Assembly (NCBI GenBank): GCA_963665095.1
Contig: OY762069.1
Span: forward strand, 5,856,001-5,920,000
Direction of reading: 5' to 3'
DNA length: 64,000 nt
Source: an uncultured Desulfobacter sp.
GTDB taxonomy: Bacteria > Desulfobacterota > Desulfobacteria > Desulfobacterales > Desulfobacteraceae
Position 1 is the stretch's first letter, and each line of letters begins with the position of its first letter. This document shows positions 59,890 to 64,000 of this stretch, piece by piece. The notes beneath the pieces were generated by a model. It made no database searches. It had not been told where the DNA came from and worked only from the letters and a program-made list of their open reading frames with translations. The translations under genes were made by a program, and so were the position numbers.

Positions 59890-59969
59890 CAATAAGTTGT
59901 TGAGTCCTTTCTGTTTTCGTTGTGGGCCGAAGCCCGGCAATGATATGTCAGGTCGGCCCATGGCCGTTA
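59890..59969 (+). repeat. Palindromic element, copy 3
   Basis: CAATAAGTTGTTGAGT..GTTGTGGGCCGA..GGTCGGCCCATGGCCGTTA. Confidence 0.75.
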
Positions 59970-60169
59970 TATAGTGATATTATTAGGTGTGTCAAACATT
60001 ATAATTGATAGAGATCATAAAAAGGCGGGCCGGTCACTGGGGCTGGGGGTGAATATGGGCTCCCACCAACGACGTCATGCCCAATGACCCGCATATTATC
60101 TGGCATGGGGCCGGGATTACGGCGATGTAATCCCGGTTAAGGGAACCGTGCTTGGCGGCGGAAACCACC

Positions 60170-60445
60170 GTCTCCAGGTTGCTGAAAAACTGAATGCCAG
60201 CAACACAGACTCAACCGTGATGACAGCCTTCCACTGACTATAACTGCTCATGGCGTAACATCCTGATATGCCGAGAATAACACCCAGAAGGCCACCGGTC
60301 TGAGACAGCACAATGGATTCGATCAAAAATTGAGACATGGTATTTTTCCCGGTGGCGCCTATGGCCATTCTAAGGCCGATTTCCCGGGTCCGTTCCGTGA
60401 TGGATACCAGCATGATATTCATGATTCCGATTCCCCCCACAAATG
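60170..60445 (-). pseudogene. MacB/FtsX-type ABC permease C-terminal fragment
   Basis: [29 protein letters not shown]; both ends missing. Confidence 0.85.
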
Positions 60446-60663
60446 CTGATTGTTGGGTCGGGTGACCCCAACCAAAACCAAAAAGTAACCAACCCAACCA
60501 AAACTCTTTATACCCCTGGCCGGTTTGGTAAAAAGAGGCCGGTGCTCTAACAAATGTGGTAATTAACTTGATTCGATATGCAATATGTCGTATCTAATAT
60601 TGGATTTAAACACAATATGTGGTGTTCTCATCTAAATTTGAAAATTTGTAAAGGACAACGATA

Positions 60664-61602
60664 ATGAGATGCAAAGATCCACAGGTAAATGCATGGCTTG
60701 ATGTTTTCCTGAAAGGTATGGAAAATGCGCCTTCCCCTAGGGATATCCCCATGGAAGAATGGAGATCTATGAACAGTGAATTCTGGAAAACCGTTGATCC
60801 GCCTGTCAGGGATCTGTACAGAATGGAAGATATTTACATTCCCGGTCCGGAAGGTGAAATTCGCTGTAAGCTTTATGTTCCCAGAAAAACTGATCAGCTT
60901 TTGCCGGCACTGGCCTATTTCCACGGTGGAGGGGTCTGTCTTCTGTCTCCGGACGATTACCATGGTCAAAATTCCGTATTATCCCAGGAAGCCGATTGTA
61001 TTGTCCTGGCTCCGGCATACCGCCTGGCCCCGGAACATAAATGCCCAGCAGCCCTGGAGGATTGTTACGCAGTTTTACGGTATCTCCAGCAAAACGGGAA
61101 TGAGATTGGCGTAGACCAGGACAGGGTCGCCATTGCAGGTGACAGCGGCGGTGGATATCTAACCTGTGCAGTGACCCATCAGGCTAAACGGGAAGGTACC
61201 CCGCAGCCGCTGCTCCAGATACCGATTTATCCTGTGGTGGATGTGGCGTGTGAAACCAGCAGTCGGATAGAGCACGGTACTTTTTTGCAAACAGACATTG
61301 TTAAATATACCGTGGGGGAATTATATGCCGATGGAAATCTGTCGGATCCGATAGTTTCTCCCTTAAGAGAAAAGGATTTCACAGGCCTTGCTCCGGCCTA
61401 TATTATTACTGCCGAGTTTGACCCTTTAAGGGATGAGGGGGAAATTTATGCCCATAAATTGCGGGCGGCAGGTGTCAGAACCTTTTACCATTGCTATGAA
61501 AACATGTATCATGGATTTTTTTCTTTTGGCGCACTGTTTGATGTTGCCAGGCTGGCAAACCAGCACGTAGCAGGCGCATTGAGGGAGGTATTCAGGCAAT
61601 GA
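60664..61602 (+). CDS. HSL-family alpha/beta hydrolase (esterase/lipase)
   Basis: HGGG, YRLAPEH, GDSGGG, DPLRDEG, HGFF. Confidence 0.93.
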   Translation: MRCKDPQVNAWLDVFLKGMENAPSPRDIPMEEWRSMNSEFWKTVDPPVRDLYRMEDIYIPGPEGEIRCKLYVPRKTDQLLPALAYFHGGGVCLLSPDDYHGQNSVLSQEADCIVLAPAYRLAPEHKCPAALEDCYAVLRYLQQNGNEIGVDQDRVAIAGDSGGGYLTCAVTHQAKREGTPQPLLQIPIYPVVDVACETSSRIEHGTFLQTDIVKYTVGELYADGNLSDPIVSPLREKDFTGLAPAYIITAEFDPLRDEGEIYAHKLRAAGVRTFYHCYENMYHGFFSFGALFDVARLANQHVAGALREVFRQ

Positions 61603-61676
61603 AGCAGGATGGATTTCTTCAGCCGAACGGGAATCATGCCCAGGTTGTATGTAAGGTCTATCTCTTCTTGTTACTC

Positions 61677-62841
61677 TCTTGAGGGATTTTCCCTGGATGT
61701 CATAGCGCTTTTACAGCTTGCCGGGGTGCCCTATCTTTTAAAATTTGTCTGGGCGCCCCTGCTGGACCGCAACAGCGGTGAAAGGAACCATTACAAACAA
61801 TGGGTCTGGTGGTCATGCCTTGGCTGCGGACTGCTGCTGCTGGTATTGGGCACCCTGGATTTAAGGTCCCATTTCCGGTTAGCCGCCATCCTGATCATGG
61901 TCATTTCGGTTATCACCTCCACCCTGGATATTGCCATTAACGCCCTTTACATCAAACTTCTTCCCTTTGAAAAAAGGGGGACTGGATCAAGCACCAAGAT
62001 GCTGGGGCTGAACCTGGGCAGTATCCTGGGAAGTGGTTTTTTTCTCCTGGTTTACAACCATTTTGGCTGGCAGGCCTGCATATGGGGCATCGGGGCTGTC
62101 ATATTATGCTGTCTTGGTTTAACACCCCGGCTTGAAGAGGCAGAACAGGCGTTGTTCAAAGAAACCAACACCATTAGATGGCCGGCCATTTTCTCCTTTT
62201 TCAAGACAAGGGCATGGGGCGCTGGACCGCATTGATCGTTTTAAACTCCCTGGGCCCGGCTGCGGCATTCTTCATGATGAAGCCCTTTCTGGTGGACCGG
62301 GGCGTGGACACAGACGTCATTGCCTTTCTGGTGGGATTCTACGGCATGAGCGTGGCGGCTTTGGCAGCCATGGCCACAGGCAGCCGCTGTTTCCAGAAAT
62401 ACCTGTTGCAGCGCAGGCGGGCCTATATCAACAGTATTTTTCTCAACGCCGTGGCCGTGGGCCTGTTCGTCCCCATCGTCCGGTCCACGGAGTCAACGGT
62501 TTTGCTTTACCTTGCCGTGGCCCTGCTCAACGCCGCCATTACCCAGGCTTCGGTTGTCAGCGCAACCCTGGTCATGGATTTTTCCCGCAAGGATCTGGCA
62601 AGCGTTGACTATGCCTTGCAAATGACCGGCATTCACATCGGAGGCCTGGCCATGGCCTCTTTGAGCGGCATGGTCGTGGCGGCCATGGGATACTTTCATT
62701 TTTTCCTTGGCCTGGCCCTTTTTTCCCTACTGATGATTTTGGTCAGCATGGGTCTGTTCCGGGGCGACTGGATTTTCTCAGGTGTGCATGATCACTCCTG
62801 AATTCAATGAAATATCCGAATTTTAAAAAATCATGGTCAGT
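61677..62841 (+). pseudogene. Duplicated MFS transporter pseudogene (copy of 50772..51937)
   Basis: Near-identical DNA; lacks the first ~35 codons; 1-bp deletion near 62209 (ACAAAGGGC to ACAAGGGC). Confidence 0.95.
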
Positions 62842-62844
62842 GGG

Positions 62845-63100
62845 AACGGCATGGAAGAAAGAGCCCAGGGGGCATCATCTTTGTTATATTGCATACAACA
62901 GCCGTTTTTTGATTTTACCGATGTTCCGGGAGCCTCGCCTGGCCTCTTATCTTTTGGGTTACATGGCCAGAAACCTGGCAGATGAGAGAACCTGGATATT
63001 TGCCACAGGCATCATTTCTCAAATCGGAGACAACCGGGAAACAGCCCTGTTTTACACAGGTCGGAACCATGCCGGTAAAAACATCGCCCGGCTCTACGGG
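62845..63100 (+). pseudogene. Fused IS fragments: DUF4338-like piece + IS66-like transposase piece
   Basis: IAYNSRFLILP..LASYLLG followed by ERTWIFATGIIS..ALFYTGRNHAGKN. Confidence 0.6.
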
Positions 63101-63308
63101 ATAGGGCTGTTCCTGCCTTTCTGTGCTATTGCAACTTGAATTGTATCCTTATGGACATCAAGGCCTATATATTTTATTGTTTCTTTCACGACTTGCCGCC
63201 TTGTTTTTAAAAGTCATTTTTGTCTAAAATTTTTATACATTGAGGCAGGTCGTGTTTTCAACTGTCAGCCATTATGTCTAATCGTCATCTGTGGACATCA
63301 TTGTATCA

Positions 63309-63700
63309 ACGGATAGGAACTTCCTTTTTTACCGAAAAAGTATAGCAAAGAATGAAAAGATCATCAAGAACCTTGAATATGGCCCCAGCCGGTCACGGAT
63401 GTCAGAAATAACACCAGAGAGAAACAATAAAAATCCGGCCTGCGCCACTGAAAATGCGCTGAACAGCTATCTTTTTTGACTGATTTTGAGCATACCGCAC
63501 CGGAAATCCCCCAAAGTGCTGGAATTAATGCCAGCCACTGGTTGGGATTTGGGGCACGAAGTAAAGCTTTAGCGCTCAAAACAGGCCCGGATGGAGTACC
63601 TGGCAAGATTCCCTGGGCTTGCCTTATCATTGGAAAAAATTCTGTCCCCGATATAAACATTAAAACCTGAATGGCGCCATGAAAGCATATTTTCGATAAT
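63309..63700 (-). mobile_element. IS91-family remnant: transposase fragment plus oriIS end (repeat copy 2)
   Basis: ENMLSWRHSGFNVY..NLARYSIRACF resembles the IS91 Y2 transposase core; 63309..63536 repeats 43414..43641. Confidence 0.8.
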
Positions 63701-63884
63701 AGTGGCGATATCCGGACATCCCGGTTGTTTTTCAGATATTACTAGAAGCCATCTCAAAATAATTTTTTGGCCCAGCTTCTGCGTTGGATCAAAATTTAAA
63801 TCCTCGAAATACTTCATGTATTCCTCCGGTTAAAATTATCCTCCGCCTTGAACTTGAACCAAAATATTTATTTTGAGATAGCTT

Positions 63885-64000
63885 CTAAGAGATATGCCGC
63901 TCTATCATCTCGATAACGGTTTTCTGACAGGCATCTAAATCCACAGAAGATTTATCTGCGATCCACTGAATGCCTATTCCGTCCAGCATTCCCTGGATAA
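63885..64000 (-). CDS. 3' end of a probable TetR-family regulator entering from the right edge
   Basis: Manual translation IQGMLDGIGIQWIADKSSVDLDACQKTVIEMIERHIS*; resembles a BetI-type C-domain. Confidence 0.5.
   Translation of the reverse strand, partial: IQGMLDGIGIQWIADKSSVDLDACQKTVIEMIERHIS

Noticed and set aside
59970..60020. Fur box upstream of the AraC/TonB locus
   Set aside because: The region is AT-rich, but I cannot support a convincing 19-bp palindrome.
62845..62990. Druantia DruA (DUF4338) anti-phage gene
   Set aside because: It is a short fragment fused to an IS66-like transposase piece, with no other Druantia genes. This domain also occurs in IS elements.
1..64000. tRNA or rRNA genes
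   Set aside because: None recognised by eye; tRNAscan-SE or Infernal would be needed to exclude them.

Overview
Accessory, heavily rearranged region of an anaerobic bacterium. Gene content (Hdr/MvhD/DsrE/TusA remnants, IS types) suggests a Desulfobacterales-like sulfate reducer; this is inference. Left to right: (1) a group II intron maturase fragment, a HAMP adenylate/guanylate cyclase and a decayed B12-radical SAM gene; (2) an intact AraC / glycyl radical enzyme (GRE, ~1037 aa, SCP2-like N-terminal extension, GCVEP Cys loop) / activase / class-3 aldehyde dehydrogenase locus; (3) Tn3 and IS66 remnants, a secreted ankyrin protein, and fragments of a tusA-hdrA-hdrC/CCG-dsrE-mvhD-larA operon interleaved with two intact OmpR-type two-component + outer-membrane-barrel modules; (4) a ~13 kb cassette-like island (24-37 kb) in which five copies of a ~62-64 bp direct repeat separate rhuM x2/radC, a RelE-HTH TA pair, a GGDEF gene (split by a 3-gene TG...CA transposon with a 5-bp target duplication), a DUF6883/DUF4926-like pair and an AT-rich ASCH-membrane protein-GNAT operon; (5) an RND efflux operon whose promoter is homologous to that of one two-component module; (6) a ~20 kb block of two convergent TonB/AraC/ABC uptake loci bracketed by two IS91-type oriIS ends, with a duplicated, frameshifted MFS gene. 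Best candidates for undescribed systems: the SCP2-GRE-ALDH locus, the repeat-delimited cassette array and the ASCH-GNAT operon. All family assignments are by motif recognition; no database search was run.
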